The position numbers and the translations under genes were made by a program. From an uncultured Acidimicrobiia bacterium (lineage in GTDB: Bacteria > Actinomycetota > Acidimicrobiia > IMCC26256 > PALSA-555): a stretch of 64,000 nt of DNA. The DNA is taken from contig CAVRGH010000003.1 of the NCBI GenBank assembly GCA_963720675.1, forward strand, positions 175,503-239,502, given 5' to 3'. The notes under the pieces were generated by a model. The model was not told where the DNA came from and did no database searches. It was given only the letters and a program-made list of their open reading frames with translations. Within the stretch, counting starts at the first letter, position 1; each line of letters starts with the position of its first letter. This document shows positions 18,656 through 27,576 of the stretch, in pieces.

Positions 18656-19721
18656 ATGACGCCGACGACGATGCGGGCCTGGCGGGTGCACGAGTACGGC
18701 GAGCCGACCGAGGTCTTGCAGCTCGAGGAGATCCCGATCCCCGAGCCGGGCCCGGGCGAGGTGCGGGTCCGCGTCCTCGGCTTCGCGTTCAACATCAACG
18801 ACCTCGAGCGGATCAACGGCGGCAACATGATGGTGGCGCCCGAGCTGCCGTACGCGCCGGGCATGGAGTCGATGGGCATCGTCGATGCCTGTGGCCCCGG
18901 CGCCGAGGGGTGGGAAGGCAAGCGCGTCGTCGCCATCACGCTCCAGGCCTACGGCGGTTTCGCCGAGTACGCGATCTGTTCGGCGGTCTCGACGTTCGAG
19001 ATGCCCGAAGCGATCCCGCTGCCCGACGCGGCGGCGCTGTTCTTCCCGTTCCACCTCGCGTGGCTCGGGCTCTTCGACCGGGCCGACCTGCAGGCCGGGG
19101 AGACCGTGCTCATCCACGCCGCCGCCGGCGGCGCCGGGTCTGCGGCGATCCAGCTCGCGGTCGAGCAGGGTGCGCACGTCATCGCCACGGTGGGGTCCGA
19201 CGAGAAGATGCAGCTCTGCCGGGACCTCGGCGCGGCAGACGGTCGTCAACTATCGGGACACGCCCGAGTTCGCTCCGATCTGCCTCGAGGTGACCGGCGG
19301 CAAGGGCGTCGACGTCGTGTACGACAACGTCGGCGATGCGGTGATGGAGGAGTCGTTCAAGGCCCTCGGGTACAACGGGCGGTACCTCATGATGGGCTTC
19401 GCCTCCGACAAGACGGTCGCCGACGCGAAGTCGATCGTGCCGCGTCGGATCGCGTTGGGGAACTTCAAGCTCTGCGGTGTGATGCTCTCGTACGCCGACG
19501 CCGAGCGGCAGGCGATGATGAAGAACCTGCTCGGGTGGAACCTGCCGTCGCACGACCTCGGTGCGGAGATCACGCGCCGCGTCGTCGAGATGGTGCAGGC
19601 CGGACGGGTGAAGGCAGTCGTCGGGCGCGTCGTGGAGTTCGAGGACGTCCCCGAGGCGATCACCGCGATGGCCAACCGGGAGACGGTGGGCCGGGTCGTG
19701 GTGAAGCTCTGGGACGACTGA
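18656..19721 (+). pseudogene. NADPH:quinone oxidoreductase-type MDR dehydrogenase, 1-nt frame disruption near 19241
   Basis: ATG 18656 follows a GGGGGA Shine-Dalgarno and gives MTPTTMRAWRVHEYGEP...IHAAAGGAGSAAIQLA...LCRDLGAAD. The read continues in the frame of ORF 18885..19721 as VVNYRDTPEF...GRVVVKLWDD once one G is removed from gacGgtc. Confidence 0.8.
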
Positions 19722-19850
19722 TCGTCGACATCTTCGAGCGCTTCGTCGACCGGGCCCACGCGCGACGAGCGCCGCCGGTTGAGCACTTCGGGAGATCGAG
19801 CGCGTGGTGCTAGCGTCCTGCGAACTCGAGACGAGAGAACGGACACCGTG

Positions 19851-20773
19851 ATGCGCATCAGCCGGCGTTCCACCGGCCTCGGAGTGGCCGCGCTCGGCGG
19901 TCTCGCCGCCGCGGCGCTCGTCGCCGGCGGCGTCGCTCCGGTCGGCGCCGCGACCGCGACCTTCTCGGTCGGGGTCGGGCAGGGCTACACCGTGCCGGCC
20001 GGCGTGACTGCGATCGACATCGATGCCGTCCGGTGCGTCGGGCGGGTTCACCGGGCCGGCGGACCGGGGTCTCGGTGCCCGCGTGGTCGCGACCGTCTGC
20101 GTCACCCCGGGCGAGGTGCTCGACGATCGACGTCGGCGGCGAAGGCGGCGGCGTCACCAACGTCGACACGGAGCCCGGCCAGGGCGGGGTGAACGGTGGC
20201 GGCGACGGCGGTGACGGTGGCACCGGATCCACAGGTGCCGGCGGCGGTGGCGCGACCGTGGTGGCGCGGGGCACGACCCCGATCATCGTGGCCGGCGGCG
20301 GTGGTGGCGGCGCGGGCGGCAACGACCCGGGAGCCGGCAACGGCGGGAACGGGGGTCAGACCGGCACCAACGGCGCAGGACGGCGTGAACAACGCCGACG
20401 CCCCGCCGGCCGGCGGTGGCGTCGCGGGCGGCAACGGGGGTGCCGGCGGCGCCGGCGCCGACTCGGCGGACGACGGCGAGGCGGGCACTGCCCTCCACGG
20501 CGGCGCCGGCGGGCTCGGTGGACTCTTCGCGGGCGGTGGTGGTGGCGGCGCGGGCGTCGTCGGTGGTGGTGGCGGCGGCGGCCAGGCGGTGGACGACTCC
20601 GGGGACCCCGGCGATGGCGCCGGTGGTGGTGGCGGAGGTTCGAGCCTCGGCCCGGCCGATGGCGCGTGTTCACGACCGGGTTCCAGGCAGGCGACGGTGC
20701 GGTCGTGATGACCCCGTCCTTGACCGGCAACGCGGCGTGCCCGGTCCTGGCGACCGTGCGATTCACCGGGTAG
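19851..20773 (+). pseudogene. secreted glycine-rich domain protein, at least 4 frame disruptions
   Basis: It has a signal peptide (MRISRRSTGLGVAALGGLAAAALVAGG) followed by TFSVGVGQGYTVPAGVTAIDIDA. The conserved read continues only by switching frame near 20030, 20124, 20376 and 20665: GASGGFTGP...VTPGEVLD, then IDVGGEGGG...IIVAGGGGGGAG, then ...GGAGGAGADSADDGEAG..., then VFTTGFQAGDGAVVMTP...VRFTG. Confidence 0.65.
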
Positions 20774-20794
20774 CGCGGCCCATCCGTTCCGGCG

Positions 20795-21245
20795 TCAGCC
20801 GCCGAACGCGGCGCTGATCCGGTCGAGCACCGCCTGCTCCTCGGGCTTCACGGTCTTCGCCGCCGCGGCAACCGCACGGCCGATGTTCTCGAGCCACGGC
20901 GCGGATCTCGGCGGCTTCCTCCGGCGTCACCTTCGCGAGCGCCGCGGCCGCGGCGTCGACGCCACGGATCGCGGCCTCGACGATCTCGTCGGGGGTCTTG
21001 CCGGCGTGGTCCTTCACGTCGTGGCGTGCCTCTTTGCTCTCGGCGTCCTTGCCGAGCTGCGCGATCAGCTGGTCCGCCGGGCCCTGCTCCGGCGGCTGCG
21101 CGATGGCCCGGGCGCTCGCGGCCGCCTCCTTCACCATCGAGATCGGCCCGTGCTCACCGACGGTCACCACGGCGAGCGTCACCCACAGCGGCGCTTCGCT
21201 CAACGCGCTCCACTCGTCGTCGGTGAAGGCAGATCGATCGGTCAT
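20795..21245 (-). pseudogene. hypothetical protein, 1-nt frame disruption near 20895
   Basis: In ORF 20763..21245 the N-terminal 115 aa look coding, but the tail turns Arg-rich. Deleting one base restores ...EIRAWLENIGRAVAAAAKTVKPEEQAVLDRISAAFGG with a stop at 20795-20797. Confidence 0.6.
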
Positions 21246-21283
21246 GCAAGGACTCCGTTTCGAGGCAGCGCCGAATCGTACGG

Positions 21284-22345
21284 TCAGCCGAGCACGCGGG
21301 CCGCGCCCATGGGGTGGCCCCAGATGGGCCCGATGTGCACGTCGTGACCCGAGCCACCCGACTCCAGGATGCGCGCGTTGCCGTAGTAGAGCGCGACGTG
21401 GACGCTCGCGTTGGTGCCCCAGAAGATGAGGTCACCGGGCATCACGTGGTCGAGCGGCACGTGCGGCAGCGCGGCGTACTGCGCGCCGGAGTAGTGGGGG
21501 AGCGAGACGCCGGCCGACCGGTACGCGGCCATCGTGAGGCCCGAGCAGTCGAAGTGGTCGGGACCGGCCGCGGCGTACACGTAGGTCTTGCCCATCTGGG
21601 CCTCGGCGAACGCGAGGGCCTTGGCCGCGGCGGGCCCGGGCGGAGGCAGGTTCGGGTCCCCGTCGCCGCCGTTGAGCTTGGCGTTCGCCATCGCCGCGGC
21701 CTCGGCCTGGCGGCGCGCGAGCTCGTCGGCGACGAGCTGCGCGAGCTCGCCCTGGACCTGGTTCAGCAGCTGCGTCTGCTGCGCGCTCGCCGTCTCGAGC
21801 GCGGTCTTCGTGTCCTGGATCTTCTGGCGCTCGGCGTCCGCGTCGGCCCGCGCCTTCTCGGCCGCGACGCGCTGGTCGCCGAGGGTGGCCTTGGCCTGAT
21901 CGAGGTCGTCGAGCATCCGGTTGTCGCGGTCGGCCTGGGCGCTCGCGTAGTGCTGCCGGGCTGCGAGGCGCGCCGCGTCCGAGTAGTCGAGGTCGTCGAG
22001 GGACCGACCGCTGAGCGAGCGGCGGTAGACCGACGCGCCACGGTCGTTCACCAGCGCGCGGATGCGGTCGACCTCGGCTTGGGCCGCAGCCAGCTGCGCC
22101 TGGACCCCGGCGAGGGCGGCCTCGGCCGCCTCGAGCCGGAGCTTGGCGCCGTTGTACTTCTCGCCGAGTGCGCTGACCTGCTCGTTCGTCGCCTCGATCT
22201 GGTCCTGCAGCGCCTTGGCCTGGGCTTCCTTGTCGGCGATCGGGTCGGCCCCCGCCGGCGCGACGGCGCTCAGCGAGGAACCCACGACGAGGAGGCTCGC
22301 GAGCGCGACGAAGCCGATGTGACGCATGTTGCGGAACAAGGCCAC
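21284..22345 (-). CDS. NlpC/P60 peptidoglycan endopeptidase with N-terminal coiled-coil (RipA-like)
   Basis: It has a signal peptide and a long Ala/Gln/Glu coiled-coil. The C-terminal NlpC/P60 core reads GKTYVYAAAGPDHFDCSGLTMAAY...GDLIFW...HVALYYG, carrying the Cys/His catalytic residues. Confidence 0.9.
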   Translation of the reverse strand: MALFRNMRHIGFVALASLLVVGSSLSAVAPAGADPIADKEAQAKALQDQIEATNEQVSALGEKYNGAKLRLEAAEAALAGVQAQLAAAQAEVDRIRALVNDRGASVYRRSLSGRSLDDLDYSDAARLAARQHYASAQADRDNRMLDDLDQAKATLGDQRVAAEKARADADAERQKIQDTKTALETASAQQTQLLNQVQGELAQLVADELARRQAEAAAMANAKLNGGDGDPNLPPPGPAAAKALAFAEAQMGKTYVYAAAGPDHFDCSGLTMAAYRSAGVSLPHYSGAQYAALPHVPLDHVMPGDLIFWGTNASVHVALYYGNARILESGGSGHDVHIGPIWGHPMGAARVLG

Positions 22346-22401
22346 TGAGGTTACCGGGACCCGCCGCGACCACTTCCAGCGGGCATGGGCCCGAAGCGCC
22401 C

Positions 22402-22578
22402 TCAGGAGCTCTGCTTCGCCGGTAAGGACTCGGCGAAGGCGAGGCCTGTCGGCCAGGATCTCGCCATGTTGCCGGCGATCAGGAACGCGAGGCCGCCGAA
22501 CATCTTCTGCTCCCGGAGGCGCGGGTGGTCACCGAGGACCCCGCGCACACGGTCCGCGAGGGCCTCGTCGTAGGCCAC
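22402..22578 (-). pseudogene. TfoX N-terminal-domain gene remnant (in-frame internal deletion)
   Basis: This 58-codon ORF is below the track cutoff. It starts at GTG 22578 and reads VAYDEALADRVRGVLGDHPRLREQKMFGGLAFLIAGNMA-RSWP-TGLAFAESLPAKQSS. Both ends resemble the TfoX_N family, but the central ~50 residues are missing. Confidence 0.5.
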
Positions 22579-22590
22579 GGCGTCAGCCGG

Positions 22591-23016
22591 TCATCGGTTC
22601 ATCGGGTCTGCCCGACCGCAGACGTCGGGGTGAGGCGGGCGAGCAGGCGGCTGCTGGTCGATCATCGCCCGGCGGTACTCGTCCCAGTCGGCGTGCTCAC
22701 CCGAGAGCGCCTGGTAGTAGGCGACGAGCCGGTCGTTGGTCGCGTCACCGGGTTCGGTGGTGACGGGCGACAGCTCGACCGTCCCGTCGAATGCCACGTA
22801 GGACCACGCCGCCACGTCGGTGACGTGCAGGACCGCGCGCGGGTCGCGGCGCAGGTTGCGGGTCTTGGCCCGGTCGTCGGTGATCGAGATCACGAACGAT
22901 CCATCGTCGACGAGGTACACGATGTCGGACGACTGCGGCCGGCCGTCGGCGCGGATCGTGATGAGCACGCCGTTCCGGCGTTCGCCGGCCCACGTGAGGG
23001 CTGCGGTGAGGTCCAT
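22591..23016 (-). CDS. PPOX-class (pyridoxamine 5'-phosphate oxidase-like) probable F420-dependent enzyme; frame disruption in the last ~20 codons
   Basis: ATG 23016 follows an AAGGAG Shine-Dalgarno and gives MDLTAALTWAGERRNGVLITIRADGRPQSSDIVY.... Near 22648, removing one C changes the tail to ...MIDQQRLLARLTPTSAVGQTR with a stop at 22599, which matches the family's usual C-terminus better. Confidence 0.8.
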   Translation of the reverse strand: MDLTAALTWAGERRNGVLITIRADGRPQSSDIVYLVDDGSFVISITDDRAKTRNLRRDPRAVLHVTDVAAWSYVAFDGTVELSPVTTEPGDATNDRLVAYYQALSGEHADWDEYRRAMIDQQPPARPPHPDVCGRADPMNR

Positions 23017-23038
23017 GGCTCTCCTTCGATCAGTTCGG

Positions 23039-23245
23039 TCAGTTCGGGCGGCGCGCCGGTGGCGCGGCGGGACGGGCGGCACGGCGCGCGCGGTGCCACG
23101 AGAACACGCCGACCAGGATGACGTTCGTGATCGCGAACGCGGTGAGCAGCGCACCGAAGATCGCCTCACCGCTGGTGAACGCGACGACGGCCAGGATCCC
23201 GAGCACGACCGCGAACGCGCCCCGGATGAGCAGCAGGCGTTGCAT
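23039..23245 (-). CDS. small two-TM membrane protein
   Basis: 68 aa with GC3-rich codons and two hydrophobic helices. No family was recognised. Confidence 0.5.
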   Translation of the reverse strand: MQRLLLIRGAFAVVLGILAVVAFTSGEAIFGALLTAFAITNVILVGVFSWHRARRAARPAAPPARRPN

Positions 23246-23298
23246 GCCGCCGATGCTACGGGAGCCCCGAGCGACCCCGTCCCGACCGGCGACGGGCC

Positions 23299-24273
23299 GT
23301 GGGCGGGGACACCGTTAGGCTCGATGACGTGGCAGTGGTCGAAGCCCGAGCCCTGACGAAGCGGTACGGCGAGGCTCGAGGCGTCGAGGATCTCGACTTC
23401 GACGTCGAGGCCGGCGAGATCTTCGGGTTCCTCGGCCCCAACGGCGCCGGGAAGTCCACCACCATCCGCACCTTCCTGGACTTCCAGCGGCCGTCGTCGG
23501 GCACCGCTCGGCTCCTCGGACTCGACAGCCGCCGCGACAGCGTGGAGATCCACCGGCGCACGGGCTACCTGCCCGGCGACCTCCAGCTGCTCCCGAAGCT
23601 GACCGGGCGCCACCACGTGGACGCGTTCGCGCGCGCCCGCGGTGGGGTGCGCGACGCGGCCGTCGCGGGACTCGTGGAACGATTCGACATCGAGCTGGAC
23701 CGCCCGGTGCGCGACCTGTCGAAGGGGAACCGCCAGAAGGTGGGGCTCCTGCTGGCGTTCATGCACGAGCCCGAGCTGGTGATCCTCGATGAGCCGACGT
23801 CCGGGCTCGACCCACTGATGCAGGAGCAGTTCCAGCAGCTCGTGCGCGAGGTCGTGGAGGACGGTCGGACGGTGTTCCTCTCGTCCCATTCCCTGGATGA
23901 GGTGCAGCGGGTCGCGACCTCGGTCGCGGTGATCCGCGAGGGTCGCCTCGTCGTGACCGACACGATCACGAACTTGCAGCTGCGGGCGCCGGTGCAGGTC
24001 TCCTTCCGGTTCGCCACGCCGGTGGATCCGGCCGTGTTCGCGCGCATCCCGGGCGTGCAGAGCGCCCGGGCCGACGGGTCGACCGTGGACCTCTCGGTCA
24101 TGGGACCGGTCGACGAGGTCGTGAAGGAGGCCGCGCGCCACGAGACCGTCGAGGTCCGGGCCCGCCCGGCCGATCTCGAGGACCTCTTCCTCGGCTACTA
24201 CGCGTCGTTGGGCACGGAGCCGTCGGAGTCCACGGCATCCGAGCACGCGGCGTCCGAGGACCATGGCCGCTGA
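23299..24273 (+). CDS. ABC transporter ATP-binding protein
   Basis: Walker A is GPNGAGKST. The ABC signature region is LSKGNRQKV, and Walker B is LVILDEPTSGLD. The start could instead be GTG 23329. Confidence 0.9.
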   Translation: MGGDTVRLDDVAVVEARALTKRYGEARGVEDLDFDVEAGEIFGFLGPNGAGKSTTIRTFLDFQRPSSGTARLLGLDSRRDSVEIHRRTGYLPGDLQLLPKLTGRHHVDAFARARGGVRDAAVAGLVERFDIELDRPVRDLSKGNRQKVGLLLAFMHEPELVILDEPTSGLDPLMQEQFQQLVREVVEDGRTVFLSSHSLDEVQRVATSVAVIREGRLVVTDTITNLQLRAPVQVSFRFATPVDPAVFARIPGVQSARADGSTVDLSVMGPVDEVVKEAARHETVEVRARPADLEDLFLGYYASLGTEPSESTASEHAASEDHGR

Positions 24274-25054
24274 GGTCGCCCGCCTCGACCTGCGCTCGCG
24301 GCGGACGAGTCTCCTCGCGTACGCGATCGGGCTCGCGCTGTACACGATCGTCGTCGTCGTGCTCTACCCGGCGTTCAAGGACGCGACGAGCCTCGACCAG
24401 ACGTTGGCCGACTCGCCCGGGCTCGCCGCAGTGTTCGGCGTCAACGGATCCCTGACGAGTCCCTCGGGTTGGACGAACGCGAACCTCTACTCGAACTTCT
24501 TCCCGCTGGTGGTGCTGTTGCTGACGATCGGGTACGGCGCGTCGACCGTCGCCGGCGAGGAGGAGGCCGGGCGCCTGGACCTGGTCGTGGCCCTCCCGCT
24601 GTCGCGTCGCCGCATCCTGCTCGAGAAGGCGGCGACGATGACCGCGCAGACCGCCGTCGTGTGTGCCGCCACCTTCCTGGCGATGCTGGTCGGCCGTGCG
24701 TTCGACCTCGATCTCGACGTCTGGAACCTCGCGACCACCACGTTCGGGGTGTTCCTGCTCGGGCTGGCGTTCGGGTTCGTGGCTCTGGCCGTCGGTGGCG
24801 CGCGCGGAGAGCGGGGTGCCGCCATCGGCATCACGACGGTGCTCGCCGCGGGCGCGTATCTCCTCAGCTCCCTGGCACCCGTCGTCTCCTGGCTCGAGCC
24901 CTGGCGAGTCGTCTCACCCTTCTACTGGGCGGTCGGTGACGATCAGCTGCGCAGCGGTCTGGGGTGGGACGGCGCGCTCGTCCTCGCCGGCGTGGCGATC
25001 GTCGCGCTCGGCGCCGCCGTCGTCGGGTTCGATCGGTCGGACCTGCGCGGCTGA
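24263..25054 (+). CDS. ABC-2 type transporter permease
   Basis: 263 aa with about 6 TM helices. It overlaps the ATPase gene end by 11 nt, an operon layout typical of ABC-2 exporters. Confidence 0.8.
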   Translation: MAAEVARLDLRSRRTSLLAYAIGLALYTIVVVVLYPAFKDATSLDQTLADSPGLAAVFGVNGSLTSPSGWTNANLYSNFFPLVVLLLTIGYGASTVAGEEEAGRLDLVVALPLSRRRILLEKAATMTAQTAVVCAATFLAMLVGRAFDLDLDVWNLATTTFGVFLLGLAFGFVALAVGGARGERGAAIGITTVLAAGAYLLSSLAPVVSWLEPWRVVSPFYWAVGDDQLRSGLGWDGALVLAGVAIVALGAAVVGFDRSDLRG

Positions 25055-25063
25055 ACAGCCCGT

Positions 25064-26122
25064 TCAGACGATCCGCACCACCGGCCGACCGATCGTGCGG
25101 CGGGCCGCCATGTCGGTGAGCACCCGCGGGACGTCGTCGAACCCGATGACCTGCGTCGCCGTCGTGCGGAACGTCCCGGCGTCGAGCATCGCGGCGAGGG
25201 CGCGGTTCGTCTCGGCGAACATCTCGCCCATCACGTCGGGCGGATAGCCACCCAGGGTCGCGCCCACGAGCGTCACGTTCGCCACATAGAAGTGCGGGTC
25301 GATCGGCTCGAGTCCGCCTGCGTGGCCGCAGAGCACGTGTCGACCGTCGGGCCGCAGGAGCGTGCGCAGGCGCGGCGCGTCCGGTCCTTGCACCGGGTCG
25401 ACGATCACGTCGAGACCCCGATCGCCGACGAGCGCACGCACGCCCTCGACGACGTCGACCGCGGAGTGGTCGACCGTCTCGTCGGCACCGAGCTCGCGGC
25501 AGTGCTGCGCCTTCTCGGGGCTGCCGACCGCCGCGATCACCCGGGCGCCCCGCGCCTTCGCGAGCTGCACGCACGCGGACCCGAGCCCACCCGCGGCGCC
25601 GGTCACCAGCACGGTCTCGCCGGGTTGGACCTTCCCGCGTCGGACGACGACGTGGTAGCCGGTGTGCGCGGGGATGAGGAACGCCGCAGCCTCGACATCG
25701 CTCAACACCTCCGGCGCCGGCGCGATGCTCGGCGAGATCGCGACGCCGACATCGGCGAAGCTCCCCCACGGCTGGATGCACACGCCGACGACGCGCGTGC
25801 CCAGGAGGTGCGTCAGCCCGGGCGAGGTCTCCCGCACGATCCCGACACCTTCCTGCCCCGAGATGTAGGGGTGGGGGACCGGCACGGGGTAGGTGCCGCG
25901 CGCCATCGTCACGTCGGGGAGCGCGAGCGCGGCCGCACGCATCTCCAGGATCGCGAACTCGGGCGTGACCTTGTACGGCGCCTCGTCGATCGGTACCCAG
26001 CCGCCCATGCTCATGCCCATCTCGGCGAGCCCGGCGGCGGTCGGCTCCGCCACGTCCTCGAGCACGAACACCTCGGCCGGCTCGCCGACGTCGTGGACCC
26101 GCCAGGCGCGCATCAGCCCCAC
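25064..26122 (-). CDS. MDR-family zinc-binding/quinone-type oxidoreductase
   Basis: 352 aa reading MRAWRVHDVGEP..., with the NAD(P) motif VTGAAGGLGSACVQLA. Confidence 0.85.
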   Translation of the reverse strand: MGLMRAWRVHDVGEPAEVFVLEDVAEPTAAGLAEMGMSMGGWVPIDEAPYKVTPEFAILEMRAAALALPDVTMARGTYPVPVPHPYISGQEGVGIVRETSPGLTHLLGTRVVGVCIQPWGSFADVGVAISPSIAPAPEVLSDVEAAAFLIPAHTGYHVVVRRGKVQPGETVLVTGAAGGLGSACVQLAKARGARVIAAVGSPEKAQHCRELGADETVDHSAVDVVEGVRALVGDRGLDVIVDPVQGPDAPRLRTLLRPDGRHVLCGHAGGLEPIDPHFYVANVTLVGATLGGYPPDVMGEMFAETNRALAAMLDAGTFRTTATQVIGFDDVPRVLTDMAARRTIGRPVVRIV

Positions 26123-26129
26123 CCGTCCG

Positions 26130-26321
26130 TCATGCCGAATCGTCGTCCGCCCGCTGTTTCGGGCTCAACACGGCGATGCCGAAGCCGATGACGATCCCGC
26201 CGATGGCGGCCCAGACGATCTCCCCCGACATGAACGAGCCGCCGATCACACCGACGCCCTGGAGTCCCCACACCAGGCCGACGAGGCAGAGGACGACTCC
26301 CACGATCCGTCGCACCAACAT
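26130..26321 (-). CDS. small two-TM membrane protein
   Basis: 63 aa (MLVRRIVGVVLCLVGLVWGLQGVGVIGG...), lying directly upstream of the MDR gene on the same strand. Confidence 0.5.
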   Translation of the reverse strand: MLVRRIVGVVLCLVGLVWGLQGVGVIGGSFMSGEIVWAAIGGIVIGFGIAVLSPKQRADDDSA

Positions 26322-26478
26322 GGGGCCGCACCGTAGACGCCCCGGGTGCGCCGTCCGCGTGGATCACGTCTTGATCGGCTCTTGGACCTCGCTTGGGCGG
26401 CGTTTGGGAGCCGCCTTCGTACGGTGCAGTCGACCGAGTGCCCCGACCCCGCCAAACCCCGAAACGGGAGGTCGAACG

Positions 26479-26703
26479 ATGAAGGTCTGGATCGATCAGC
26501 GTGCGTGCATCGGCAACGGCATCTGTGCCGAGCTCGCGGAGCGGGTGTTCGCGTTCGACGGCAACCTCGCCTACGTGCGCGATGGCGACCGAGTGCTCAT
26601 GGAACGCGATGCGATCGTCGCGGTCTCGCCGGCCGACGAGGCGAGCGTGCTCGAGGCGATCGACGAGTGCCCGGCAGCCTGCATCTACGCCGAGGACAAC
26701 TAG
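26479..26703 (+). CDS. ferredoxin (single-cluster, actinobacterial Fdx type)
   Basis: ATG 26479 follows a GGGAGG Shine-Dalgarno and gives MKVWIDQRACIGNGICAEL...IDECPAACIY, the C-x-x-x-x-x-C...CP cluster pattern. Confidence 0.85.
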   Translation: MKVWIDQRACIGNGICAELAERVFAFDGNLAYVRDGDRVLMERDAIVAVSPADEASVLEAIDECPAACIYAEDN

Positions 26704-26707
26704 CGCC

Positions 26708-27512
26708 GTGGACGCGCAGCTTCGTCATCGCGGCGGCAGCTTCGGATCCTGCTCGTGGAGCGAGCCGCAGAGCGTCGGCGCGCTCGCGGCCGCGATGCCG
26801 ATCAGCCGCCCCGCCGTGTCGCGGCACCTCCGGCTGCTGAAGGAGGCGCGACCTCGTGACCGAGGAAGCCGTCGGGACCCGCCGCATCTACCGGCTCCAC
26901 GATGAAGGGTTCGCTGCGGTCGAGCACTACCTGCGCGAAGGTCTGGGGCGATGCCATGGCGCGCTTTCGCGATCACCGCGGAGAACACGAAGCCGGCGAC
27001 AGTGGCGTGGCACGTGATGATCGAGCCGCTCCGCCTCAGCTTACGAGATCGATTGCCCGGCCGACCACGCGTTCACGACCTGGACCGAGCAGCTTCGGGA
27101 GCGTGGTGGCCTCGCGGCCACACCACGTCCGGCGATCCCGACTCCACGGTCGTGTTCGAGCCGCGCCTCGGCGGCAGGATCTTCGAGCGCACGACCGACG
27201 GCATCGAGATCGACTGGGGTGAGATCACCCGATGGGACGCACCGAAGCGTCTCGGCTACCTCTGGCACATCGCCCGCGATCGGTCCGACGCGACGGACGT
27301 CGAGATCACCTTCGTCGCCCTCGACGGCGACCGGACACCGCATCGACATCGTGCACACCGGGTGGGAGCGACTCGGTGCTGGTGCGCAGCAGTGGCGCGA
27401 TGCGAACACTGCGGGTTGGGGAGCGCTGCTCCCAGCCTTCGGCGCCGCGTGTGTGGGTGCTGCTCCCCCTGAGCCGCCGACCTCAGGGTTGCGACCGCCG
27501 GTTCCTGGGTAG
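26708..27512 (+). pseudogene. ArsR-family HTH regulator plus SRPBCC/AHSA1-like module, heavily frame-disrupted (about 7-8 shifts)
   Basis: Recognisable pieces lie in alternating frames. They read RRQLRILLVE, then EPQSVGALAAAMPISRPAVSRHLRLLKEA, then DLVTEEAVGTRRIYRLHDEGFAAVEHYLRE, then VWGDAMARFRDH, then AENTKPATVAWHVMIEPLRLS. The series continues with YEIDCPADHAFTTWTEQLRE, then WWPRGHTTSGDPDSTVVFEPRLGGRIFERTTDGIEIDWGEITRWDAPKRLGYLWHI...ALDGDRT, and finally RIDIVHTGWERLGAGAQQWRDANTAGWGALLPAF. The locus may originally have been two coupled genes, with the junction at ATGA 27017-27020. Confidence 0.65.
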
Positions 27513-27576
27513 CATCTCCGAACCAGGTGCCCGAGCCGCGCTGTGGCGCGGTGGGCTCTTCCACTCGGAGGTGCGG

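Noticed and set aside
22346-22600. Possible ydaO-type (cyclic-di-AMP) riboswitch upstream of the NlpC/P60 hydrolase, as found for some actinobacterial cell-wall hydrolase genes
   Set aside because: Only scattered short resemblances are present (ccgacagg, taacctcag). They are about 90 nt apart rather than contiguous, the characteristic conserved core was not found, and most of the region is explained by the TfoX remnant. A covariance-model scan (Rfam RF00379) would settle it.
27513-27576. GC-rich hairpin (gccgcgc-tgtg-gcgcggt) upstream of the CFA synthase gene as a riboswitch or terminator
   Set aside because: The stem is short and imperfect, there is no U-tract and no recognisable riboswitch core. 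It is probably an incidental GC-rich structure.
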